Origin: Octopus vulgaris
Lineage: Eukaryota
NCBI GenBank assembly: GCA_951406725.2
Contig: OX597828.1
Coordinates: 62,930,001 to 62,994,000 of the forward strand
Reading direction: 5' to 3'
Length of the DNA stretch: 64,000 bases
Shown: one piece after another, positions 1 to 14,046 of the stretch
Position numbering within the stretch: the first letter of the stretch is position 1
How the letters are laid out: each line of letters starts with the position of its first letter
Translations under genes and position numbers: made by a program
The notes under the pieces: model-generated
Database searches by the model: none
What the model was told of the DNA's origin: nothing
Seen by the model: only the letters and a program-made list of their open reading frames with translations

Positions 1-114
1 AGAGGTTCGTGGTCACCTATGTATACAAGTCAATCGTTTTCTTGCCATCTCAAATGTTTATCTCTGGGAAAGGTCACTGACTTGAATTGGTGTAAATGTT
101 GTTGCAGAAATTGT

Positions 115-1546
115 TGATGCTAGTCTTCAGCCATTTTGAATTTTAATGAAAGAAATTGATTGGTATTACTGTGAGGTGGGCTGCGATTAGTTGAGGAAGG
201 TCACACGACATTGTGGTTTGATGTTGGTATATCAGCGACAACAGTTAGCTGGAAAATACTTCATGACGAACAGGAAATTTACCATGTGGTGGACAGGAAA
301 TTGCTTGGTTTGTTGGAGGGAAAGTAAGAAGGGGCAGGATGTGCAAGTATATAGTTGTATATATGGGTGTGTGGATGCTCTCATGGTTTTGCATGCATGT
401 CTATTGATGCGAGCATGCGCATCTGTACATGGGCACGTACATATATGAACGAACATGCACACATGTATGCACATGCTTTGTCATTGATATGTATATGTGC
501 ATTCACATGCATATGTGTACTTGTGTGCATGCATGCATGAGTGCACATGCACATAACAAGCATTGGGGATTGGTAAGCAGGCTGATCAACCCCTCTAAAA
601 GGAAGCCTAATGAGGAAACGGTATACATCTACAAGAACTTTAACCATCTTCACCACTGTAATTAAACATGGTTTCAGGCATTAGCAAACAACTATCTAAT
701 GTCACCCAATAGAAAGATCTTTAACAGCCCCCCCCCCACACCGATGCTTTGAGTAGGAGTGGGTTTACTGAGAAGCTCGCATATGTGGACAACTCCCAAA
801 CACCCTCTTCTCATCCCAAAAGGATTAGGAAATGGAAAATGATATGGTATAACCCTCCTTTCAACCTAGAAGTTTCCAATAATGTAGCTAGGGGCTTCTT
901 GTCATTAATTAAGAAACATTTCCCCAAAGGTCACAAGTATTATACAATTTATCTTATTGCTGTCACCAGAAGTATGCCCTTCTGGCAAATTTCAGGAATG
1001 CCAATTACCAATTACCAATTCCCATGCTTGTTATGCACATGTACACTAATGCATGCATATATGCACAAGTACGCATGCACATGTACTCTAATATGCATAT
1101 GTACATGCATGCACATATACATATGGACATATAAAGGAATATGCATGTGTGTGTGCATACATGTGTATGCACGTGTGTGTGTGAGTGCATATGCATGTTT
1201 GTTCATCATATATGTGTGTGTGGACGTGTATATGTGTGCCTATGTACAGATGTGCGCACTTGCATCAATACGGACATGCACACAAAACCATATGAACGTG
1301 TCCACACACCCACATATACAACTATATACTTGCACATCCCGCCCCTTCCTACTTTCCCTCCAAGGACCTGACTGATTTCCTGTCCACCATGCTGTATTTC
1401 CCAACTAACTGTTGTCGCTCATATACCAATATACCAACAACAAACCACAACACTGCATGGCCTTCCTTGACCAATTGCAGCCCATCTTACAGTAATAACA
1501 ATCAACTTCTTTCATTCAAATTCAAAATGGCTGAAGACTAGCAACA
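115..1546. repeat. Long diverged inverted repeat (arms ~115-576 and ~1012-1546) enclosing a Penelope-like fragment
   Basis: TAGTCTTCAGCCATTTTGAATT (121) and CATAACAAGCATTGGGGATTGGTAA (~552-576) recur as reverse complements at ~1520-1541 and ~1012-1035. The opposite-strand ORF translations 232..474(-) and 749..1375(+) share HP(Y/H)IQLYTCTS.PFLLSLQ. Confidence 0.8.
580..955 (+). mobile_element. Degraded Penelope-like element fragment (RT-GIY-YIG linker region)
   Basis: Motifs RKPNEETVYI..NH and RKWKMIWYNPPFNLEVSNNVARGFLSLIKKHFPKGH, homologous to the PLE at 11850-12830. Frameshifted. Confidence 0.75.
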
Positions 1547-1650
1547 CTCTTGAAACTCGGAGTACCAATGAATTTGAATCAAACTGTTTTGATCCATACA
1601 TGTAACTCCCAATAAATTTGTCGAGTGCCCTTCTTTTGTATGTATATATA

Positions 1651-2560
1651 CAGGGTGCATAAGATATTTGAGGACAGATTTATGTTTATAAAATAAACAG
1701 ATATATAATAACAGGTAATAACTTTATTTATAATATTATTCAATAAAGCCACCTTCAGCTTCAACAACTGCTTCTATATGAGATCTAAATCATTTACATG
1801 CTTGAATGAAGTTGTCCTGGTTCATTTTGGACATTACTCTGACTATGGCAGTTTTCAAAGAATCTTTGGTGTAATGGGCATGTCCACTAACCTCTCTCTC
1901 AACAATGCTCCACATGTAATATTCCAATGGAATATTACATGTGGAATCTAGGGAATTAGGAGGCCAAATGTTAGGGGTTATGTGATCGCGAATATTTTCA
2001 GCCATCCATTCCTGTGTTACTAGAGCCATGTGTGATAGTGCAGAGTCTTACTGAAACACATATGGCTTACCATTGCATACACTGTCTATCCAGGGCTTAA
2101 CAATTGTTTCCAGGACCTCAATGTATGCAGCAGAGTTAACTCTAGGGCTTTGTGGAAAGAAGTAAGGAGGCATCACATGTCCTTCATTGCTGATAACCCC
2201 TAAAACCATAACAGTTGCAGGAAAGTTTGTATGCATAACACTTGGAACTTCAGAAGGGTCTGCACATAACCATCTGTCATTTCTTCTGTTAACTTTTTGA
2301 TCTTGGTCAAAGTTTTTCTCGTTTGAGAAAAACCAAATCAAATCTTCTTTTGCTTTTTCTGACAAATTGACCTTTCTTCATCATATAAAATTTATATCTG
2401 ATGTCTTCGTGTACAACATTTCTGACTGTTCCTTCAGACACATGGAAATCTTTTGTAATTGAGCTCATGGACTTTCTGGGATTGTAATCAATGGTCTGTT
2501 GAACTTGTTGGATAAATTCAGGTATTCTGATGATTTCAGAACGTTTAGAATCCTTTTTAT
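1651..2560 (-). mobile_element. Degraded Tc1/mariner-superfamily DNA transposon (maT/DD37D-like transposase remnant)
   Basis: WFFSNEKNF..QKVNRRNDRW, VMVLGVISNEG, VFQ*DSA, WPPNSLD..PLEYYMWS motifs with stops/frameshifts. One end is CAGGGTG after TA at ~1651. Confidence 0.75.
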
Positions 2561-2719
2561 GCTTTGAAATTGGTGATACGTTTCCATCTTCAGTTTCTAG
2601 TTCCTTACAAACTTTGTAGAAGAAAGATATCTATCTATCTATCTATCTATCTCTATATATATTATACACACTGTATTCCCGTTTGTGATATTGATTCAGG
2701 TACCATCTGTATTTTACAG

Positions 2720-2888
2720 ACATGTATTGTACGAGCCTGGGATCAGAAGAAACCCCTCTTATTTGCTCCTGCCATGAACACCCTGATGTGGGAACATGTG
2801 ATCACAAAGAAACAAATAGAAACACTGACAGGATTTGGGTACATAGAAATACCCTGTGTTGCTAAAAAGTTGGCCTGTGCTGATGTAG
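2720..2888 (+). CDS. PPCDC: Phosphopantothenoylcysteine decarboxylase, penultimate coding exon
   Basis: ttttacAG|ACA... TCIVRAWDQKKPLLFAPAMNTLMWEHVIT...IPCVAKKLACADV G|GTAAG. PAMN motif and catalytic Cys loop (KKLAC.D.G) of HFCD flavoproteins. Confidence 0.95.
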
Positions 2889-3104
2889 GTAAGGATCTGA
2901 ATGTGGACTTTTGGGATAACATATTCTGGGTAGCATTCTGGGATTACACAAAATGGGACAAGATATTGGGGAAGAAAAGACTGAAAGTGTGAAGGAGAGA
3001 AAGTGAAACACGCTCACACATATATGCACACACATACATACATGTATGCATACACACATACAAGCATACATACACACACACACATGCATGTGTGTGTGTA
3101 CTTG

Positions 3105-3520
3105 TTGGTGCAGGTGTGGTTGTATGGTTGAGCAGCTCGTTTTCTGACTGTGTGATCTTGCGGACTGTTCCATTCCATGGCATCATGGGTAAATATCTTC
3201 TATAGCTCTGGTGTGGATTTGGTAGAGAGAAACAGAAGGAAGCTTATCATTTGTGTGTGTGTTTGCGTACATGCATGCATGTGTGTGTGTTTGTGTCTCC
3301 TTGACTTGACATCTCATGAAAGTTGTAAATGAGTATCACTGTTATAGAAGCAGTGTCAGTCGTTTCCAATATTCTGCAAAAACATGTCTGGCCATGGGTA
3401 AATATTACTTTGCTTGGAAACAGGTGAAAGTTGGCAACAGAAGGGACATTGCCTCAATACATTCCATGTGACCCATGAAAGGAAAAAAAAGTGGATGTTA
3501 ACATGAAGACGATGATGATG
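3105..3520 (+). mobile_element. Degraded tRNA-derived SINE in PPCDC intron
   Basis: Head and GTGGATTTGGTAGA core similar to the SINE at 4968. (GAT)n-type tail. Confidence 0.5.
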
Positions 3521-3549
3521 ATAATTATAATTGTTTGTATTTGAAACAG

Positions 3550-3689
3550 GAATGGGTGCAATGGCTTCAGTGGAGACTATTGTTGAGAAAATAGTGGAAT
3601 ACATAGCAGTGCTCCAGCATGGCCACAATGAAGGTGCTGAAACCAAAACAGAAGTTAAAGAGTCTCTGGAAACTGAATTGCAAAGCTGA
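3550..3689 (+). CDS. PPCDC: PPCDC last coding exon
   Basis: aacAG|GA completes the phase-1 Gly. GMGAMASVETIVEKIVEYIAVLQHGHNEGAETKTEVKESLETELQS*, TGA at 3687-3689. GxGAMA follows KKLACxDxG in PPCDCs. Confidence 0.9.
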
Positions 3690-3804
3690 CACAAAACTAT
3701 TCCAATAATTAATAATTCAATTAACAATTTCATTAACTTCCGTTGTGATCAAGAATGCCTTTTTTCTCAAACAAAATATTTCATAATCAAATTCCTTAAC
3801 ACAG

Positions 3805-3962
3805 ACATGGCTGTGTGGTTAAGAACTTTGCTTCTAAATCATGGAGTTTTGGGTTCAGTCCCACTGCAGGGCACCTTTGACAAGTGTCTTTTACTGTAGC
3901 CCCAGGTTGACCAAAGTCTTGTGAGTGGATTTAGTAAACAGAAACTGAAAGAAGCCCATTGT
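3805..3962 (+). mobile_element. SINE fragment (same head/core as 4968 SINE)
   Basis: TGGCTGTGTGG...GGTTCAGTCCCACTGC...GTGAGTGGATTT..GAAACTGAAAGAAGCC. Confidence 0.7.
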
Positions 3963-4392
3963 CTGATGATGTGTTTGCTCACAATGCTGGTTCAGTTGGA
4001 TGCATCATCTGATTATGTCTATGGTGTGACATCATAGATTGAAGAATGCTGAAACATGTGTAAACAGCTGGAATAAAAGAGTACCGAGTCAATGTCCCTG
4101 GTCTTTTTCTCTTATTATTGCTGTGGTCTTTGTATTACTTCACAACTCACCTTTAAATGCAGAGGGCCTCTGTCTACATACAACGGTGGGAGTTTAACAT
4201 TGGGGCTGATATCTACATGGTTTCAAAATGAGGAGTAGACAGACAGCTGACATCTGATGAAGGGTTTTTTATCTGTGTTTACTTGTACTTTTTCCATTTT
4301 TTCTCATTGTTTACGTATTTCTTGTTATTTACACCGTTGGTGATGTCCTGTACCCATATATGCATGGATATATATATATATATTACTATTAT

Positions 4393-4750
4393 ATCATCAT
4401 CCTCATCATTGTTTAACATCCGTTTTCCATGCTAGCATGGGTTGGATGGTTCAACTAGGGTCTGGGAAGCCAAGAGGCTGCACCAGGCTCCAGTCTGATC
4501 TGGCAGTGTTTCTACAGCTGGATGCCCTTCCTAACACCAACCACTCTGAGAGTGTAGTGGGTGCTTTTTACGTGCTGCCAGCAGAGGGGCCAAGGGGGAC
4601 TGGCAACGACCACGATCAGTTGTTGGTTTTGACGTGCCACCGGTACGGAAGCGAGTCAAGGCAGCTCTGGCATCGGCCACGTTTGGATGGTGCTTTTTAC
4701 ATGTCACCAGCATAGAGATCACAACTACAATTTCCATTTGATGTTGATGT
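4393..4750 (-). mobile_element. RTE LINE 3' UTR fragment
   Basis: (CAT)n on + followed by TTTAACATCCGTTTTCCATGCTAGCATGGG and ~2.5 GTGCCACCGGCAC-type units, matching the 3' end of the RTE at 6434. Confidence 0.8.
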
Positions 4751-4759
4751 GTGTGTGTA

Positions 4760-5381
<622 letters not shown>

Positions 5382-5620
5382 ATATATATTGGAAGGTTTG
5401 GAGATGATGTACAGGTATTATATATTAGAAGAAATGAGGTACTCAGAAAATTGGATGGTTTGTATTTACAGATATTTATTTGTATATTACATTTTTTATA
5501 TATCATATAACTTAGATCATGTATTAGCGCTTTCTCCCATTCTAGTGGGGTTTTCAAATCAAACTAAGTTCTTGTGTGAGGAGTTCTGACCATTTTATAG
5601 TGGTATTGAGTTTGTAGTGG

Positions 5621-6433
<813 letters not shown>

Positions 6434-8610
6434 CATCATCATCATCATCATTTAACGTCCGCTTTCCATGCTAGCATGGGTTGGACGGTTCAACTGGGGT
6501 CTGGGGAGCCCGAAGGCTGCACCAGGCCAGTCAGATCTGGCAGTGTTTCTACAGCTGGATGCCCTTCCTAACGCCAACCACTCCGAGATTGTAGTGGGTG
6601 ATTTTATGTGCCACCGACACAGGTGCCAGACGAGGCTGGCGAACGGCCACGCTCGGATGGTGTTTTTATGTGCCACCGACACAGATGCCAGACGAGGCTG
6701 GCGAATGGCCACGCTCGGATGGTGTTTTTATGTGCCACCGACACAGGTGCCAGACAAGGCTAGCAGACGACCACGCTTGGATGGTGTTTTTTATGTGCCA
6801 CCGACACAGGAGCCAGATTAGGCTGGCGATCGGCCACGATCGGATGGTGATTGTTACGTGCCCACAGCATGGAGGCCAGTCGGTGCGGTACTGGCTACGG
6901 CCACGTTCGGATGGTTTTCTTGTGTGCCACCGGCACTGGTACCACAAAGATACAAATTCCATTGATGTTCATCTATTTTGATTTTGTTTGATTTTTGATT
7001 TTCACTTGCCTCAACAGGTCTTCACAAGTGTCACAAGAAGGAAGGTATGCACAGGTGGACTGACTACGTCCCATGTAGGGGCCACGGGTTATGGCCTGAC
7101 TAGTCTTGCCGGGTCTTCTCACGCACAGCATACTTCCATAGGTCTCGGTCTCTAGTCATTTCCTTGGTGAGACCTAAAGTTCGTAGGTCGTGCTTCACCA
7201 CTTCGTCCCAGGTTTTCCTGGGTCTACCTCTTCCACAGGTTCCCTCAACTGCTAGGGTGTAGCACTTTTGCACACAACTATCTTCAGCCATTCTCGTCAT
7301 ATGACCATACCAGCGTAGCCGTCTCTCTTGCACACCACAGCTGACGCTTCTTAGGTTCAACTTTTCTCTCAAGGTACTTACACTCTGACGATTATGAACA
7401 CTGACATTACACATCCATCGGAGCATACTGGCTTCATTTCTTGTGAGCTTACGCATATCCTCAGCAGTCACGGCCCATGTTTCACTACCATGTAGCATGG
7501 CTGTACGTACACATGCATCATAAAGTCTGCCTTTTACTCTGAGCGAGAGGCCTTTTGTCACCAGCAGGGGTAAGAGCTCTCTAAACTTTGCCCAGGCTAT
7601 TCTTACTCTAGCAGTTACACTTTCAGCACATCCACCCCCGCTACTGACTAGGTAGCGGAAGTTATCAACTACTTCTAGTTTGTCTCCCTGGAACGTGGTA
7701 GAAGTTGGTCTCTGCACATTTCCAGTGTTTATTTCTCCTGAGCATCTGCCACATACGAAAACTATCTTCCCAGTTAGCCTACCTTTGACATTGCTGCACC
7801 TCTTATGTGTCCATAGCTTACACTTGGTGCACCTTATAGAGTTTCTACCTACACCTTTTTTACAGATCGAGCAGGGCCATCTACCTGAAGTCGTTTGTGG
7901 TTGGTCCACCTTCCTACTTATTAGGACTTTGGTTTTGGCTAGGTTGATTCTAAGGCCCTTCGATTCTAATCCTTGTTTCCACACCTGAAACTTCTCCTCC
8001 AGTTCTGATAGTGACTCAGCAATTAGAGCAAGGTCATCAGCATAGAGGAGCTCCCAGGGGCATCCTGTCTTGAATTCTTCCGTTATTGCCTGGAGGACTA
8101 TGATAAATAGGAGGGGGCTGAGGACTGAAACTTGGTGGGCCCCAACCTCTATCCGGAATTCTTCACTGTACTCGTTGCCAACCCTCACCTTACTAGCAGC
8201 GTCTCTGTACATGGCTTGCACAGCTCTCACTAACCATTCATCTATCCCTAGTTTCCTCATTGACCACCAGATAAGGGATCGGGGGACCATGTCAAAGGCT
8301 TTCTCCAAGTCAACAAAAGCCAGGTACAAGGGCTTACCTTTGGCTAGGTATTTCTCCTGCAGCTGTCTTACCAGGAATATAGCATCAGTAGTACTTTTCC
8401 CTGGCACGAACCCAAACTGCATATCATCTAAGCTAACTCTCTCTCTAATTAATTGGGCTATAACCCTCTCCGTAACCTTCATGACCTGATCCAACAGCTT
8501 GATACCTCTGTAAATATTTGTATCTAGGGCGTCACCTTTACCTTTGTAGCAGTTGACTATTATGCTGCTACACCAGTCATTGGGTATGGCTCCTTCGTGT
8601 ATCACCTGTG
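6434..8610 (-). mobile_element. 5'-truncated RTE-clade LINE (RT ORF ~8608-7100, 3' UTR 7099-6434)
   Basis: [60 protein letters not shown]. (GAT)n tail. TA arrays on both sides. Confidence 0.95.
6597..6940 (-). repeat. ~62-nt tandem repeat array (~5.5 units) in RTE 3' UTR
   Basis: Units start at ~6597, 6659, 6721, 6783, 6846, 6913 with GGTG(T/C)TTTTATGTGCCACC. Confidence 0.9.
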
Positions 8611-8615
8611 TATCA

Positions 8616-8652
8616 CATATATATATATATATATATACATATATATATAAAC

Positions 8653-8701
<49 letters not shown>

Positions 8702-8799
8702 TACACACACACACACACATATATATAACATATATATACATATATATATATATATACATATATATACATACAAGCTATATATCTTTGCATCACACATAT

Positions 8800-8832
<33 letters not shown>

Positions 8833-9027
8833 TATATATCACATATATATATATATATATATATACATATATATACATACATATATATATATATATATAC
8901 ATATATATATACATATATATATATACATACATATATACATACATATATATATATATACATATATATACATACATATATATATATATATATACATATATAT
9001 ACATACTATATACATATATATATATAC

Positions 9028-9123
<96 letters not shown>

Positions 9124-9151
9124 ATACATATATATACATATATATATATAC

Positions 9152-9218
<67 letters not shown>

Positions 9219-9255
9219 TATACATACATATATATATACATATATATATATATAC

Positions 9256-9288
<33 letters not shown>

Positions 9289-9457
9289 CATATACATTAA
9301 TTAATAAGGGTGAGAGAATTAGATACTAATTTAATAGTATATTTATTACTGGTATAGTGATCATATATAGTGACCACTCTATTATATATATACATATATA
9401 CATACATATATATATATATACATATATATATATACATATATATATATACATATATGT

Positions 9458-9526
<69 letters not shown>

Positions 9527-9560
9527 TATACATACATATATATATACATATATATATACT

Positions 9561-9648
<88 letters not shown>

Positions 9649-9675
9649 TATACATACATATATATATATATACAT

Positions 9676-9720
<45 letters not shown>

Positions 9721-9739
9721 CATATATATATATATATAT

Positions 9740-9812
<73 letters not shown>

Positions 9813-9839
9813 CATATATATATATATACATATATATAC

Positions 9840-9890
<51 letters not shown>

Positions 9891-9911
9891 CATATATATA
9901 TACATATATAT

Positions 9912-9982
<71 letters not shown>

Positions 9983-9987
9983 TATAC

Positions 9988-10022
<35 letters not shown>

Positions 10023-10115
10023 CATATATACATATATATATATATATACATATATACATATATACATATATATATATACATATATATACATATATACATA
10101 TATATATACATATAT

Positions 10116-10162
<47 letters not shown>

Positions 10163-10275
10163 CATATATATATATACATATATACATATATATATATATA
10201 CATATATACATATATATATATATACATATATATATACATATACATATATATATACATACATATATATATATATAC

Positions 10276-10358
<83 letters not shown>
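8616..10358. repeat. (TA)n/(TACA)n array, interrupted at 9297-9381 by a short repeat fragment also present at 18936-18985
   Basis: Direct inspection. Shared AATAAGGGTGAGAGAATTAGATACTAATTTAATAG. Confidence 0.95.
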
Positions 10359-10361
<3 letters not shown>

Positions 10362-10475
10362 TCATCATCATCATCATTTAGCGTCCGTTCTCCATGCTAG
10401 CATGGGTTGGACGGTTCAACTGGGGTCTGTGAAGCTGGAAGGCTTCATCAGGCCCAGTCATATCTGGCAGTGTTT
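10359..10475 (-). mobile_element. RTE 3' terminal fragment
   Basis: (CAT)n + TTTAGCGTCCGTTCTCCATGCTAGCATGGG. Confidence 0.8.
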
Positions 10476-10482
10476 TATATAT

Positions 10483-10816
10483 ACTCTTTTACTCTTTTAC
10501 TTGTTTCAGCCATCCGGCTGAGGCCATGCTGGGGCACCGCCCTTGTTGCTACCCTCTCTAAGTCCAGTTTGCCGTGGCTGGCCACTGATCTAAGAGAGAG
10601 TTTGTAGCTGCTGCCCTTAGGTTACCTTCGTACCTTGCAGTGGGTTCATCTGGGATCCCGGAAAGCAGCTTGTCTAGATGTTTTTTGAAAATGTCCACAT
10701 CCGCATCATGTAGATCTCTTAGTTTTCTTGGCAGTTTGTTGAAAAGCTGAGGGCCCCTGAACCCCAGGCTATTACAGTATCTGCTCCTTACCCTGGATGT
10801 GGAAGACGGGACCTTT

Positions 10817-10820
<4 letters not shown>
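10483..10820 (-). mobile_element. CR1-group LINE 3' fragment, family C, tail (AAGAGTA)n
   Basis: [44 protein letters not shown] plus conserved 3' GGTGCCCCAGCATGGCC motif. Confidence 0.9.
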
Positions 10821-11800
<980 letters not shown>

Positions 11801-11849
11801 TGATAAAACGGTAAGATAACAAAAGAAAGAAAGAGAACTGAATATTATA

Positions 11850-13095
11850 GACACTAACCTGACGGTTGTCAATTTCTTAGACTTTTCCTTAGATCTTAAT
11901 AATAATATTTATAAGCCTTATAGGAAGCCCAATGATAGACTAAGTTATATTAATGTAGGTTCATGCCATCCCCCTATAGTATTCAAAAATTTAGTTAAAA
12001 ATATTAGTAAGTGGATTTCTAGCCTCTCATCTAATGAGGACATCTTCAATAGCATTGCCCCAGTTTATAATAAAGCTTTAAAAGATAGTGGTTTTAGCGA
12101 AAAAATAAAATATACACCTATCAGTAGCCCAACAGTAAGGAAAAGAAATAACAGAAATAGGAAGGTCATCTGGTTTACGCCCCCTTACTCACCCGAGGTG
12201 GCCTTCAATATAGGTAAATATTTCCTAGCACTGATAGATAGGCATTTTCCAGTTAACCATGCTTATAGGAAACTCTTCAATAGACACAATTTAAAAATTA
12301 GTTTTAGTTCAACTACCAATTTTAAAAACATAATCAATCATAACATACAAAAAACACAAGAAGAAAACAGCTGTTCATGCAGGAATAAAGAATTGTGCCC
12401 GCTAAATGGAGCTTGCATGTCCAAGACCATCATATATGAAGCTACCGTAAACTCTATAACCACTAAAGACACCGTTTCGACGAAGAAATACGTGGGCCTT
12501 ACAGAGGTTAATTTCAAGGCCAGGGTCAATAACCACACTTTGAGCTTTAGGCACTGGAACAAAAGAAAAGCGACACAATTGTCTAATCATATTTGGTCTT
12601 TAAGAGATAAAGGTGTCGATTATAACATACAATGGAAGATTTTGGCCAGATGTAAGCCCTATACTAACGGCAGCGGAAGGTGCGGTTTATGCGACATGGA
12701 GAGATAGCTTATCTGGAAAAGCAGCTTAGACCCTACCACATGTCTAAATACAAGGACAGAGCTTTTCGGATCATGCCCACATGTGACTAAATTTCTGTTA
12801 CGTTTTTGGTCCCCTAAGGAAAACGGATAGAACATGCTTTCTGTGTTATGTCCCAAGAAGAATTTATATATTTTTATATTTTTATATATATATATTTTTA
12901 TGTATTTTTATATAATTTTTATGACGAAAAATGCGAGCGATGTATAAGTACGCAGGCAAAGCAGAGTTATAACAGAGTAATTTCCCTTCATTTTTAACGT
13001 TATTTTTTCATAACGTTTTCAAATAGCCAGATAACCGAAGAGATGGTGTTGTGGATTTCCACTTCGGCATCTGAAACTCAGAGTTTTATCTTGAC
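11850..13095 (+). mobile_element. 5'-truncated Penelope-like element: RT C-terminus + GIY-YIG endonuclease + 3' pLTR
   Basis: VNFLD, YKPYRKPND, HPPIVFKN, IWFTPPYS, IIYEATV...KYVGLTE.NFKAR.NNH, CGLC. A few stops. Confidence 0.9.
13029..13091 (+). ncRNA. Degenerate type I hammerhead ribozyme in the PLE 3' region
   Basis: AGATAA-CCGAAGA-GATG..CATCT-GAAA-CTCAGAG-TT-TTATCT. Stem I and palindromic stem III intact, core U4>C. Confidence 0.6.
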
Positions 13096-13122
13096 TACCG
13101 AGTAATGTAACATATTGTATAG

Positions 13123-14046
<924 letters not shown>

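Noticed and set aside
2889-2992. ORF extension KDLNVDFWDN... after the PPCDC exon
   Set aside because: Intron read-through past the GTAAG donor at 2889. The conserved GxGAMA continues at 3550.
3995-4265. CTGATTA/CTGATGA motifs near hairpins
   Set aside because: No correctly placed GAAA, stem III and cleavage triplet.
6597-6940. Repeat-spacer array resembling CRISPR
   Set aside because: Eukaryotic context, no cas genes, variable parts are related to each other, and the array is part of an RTE 3' UTR.
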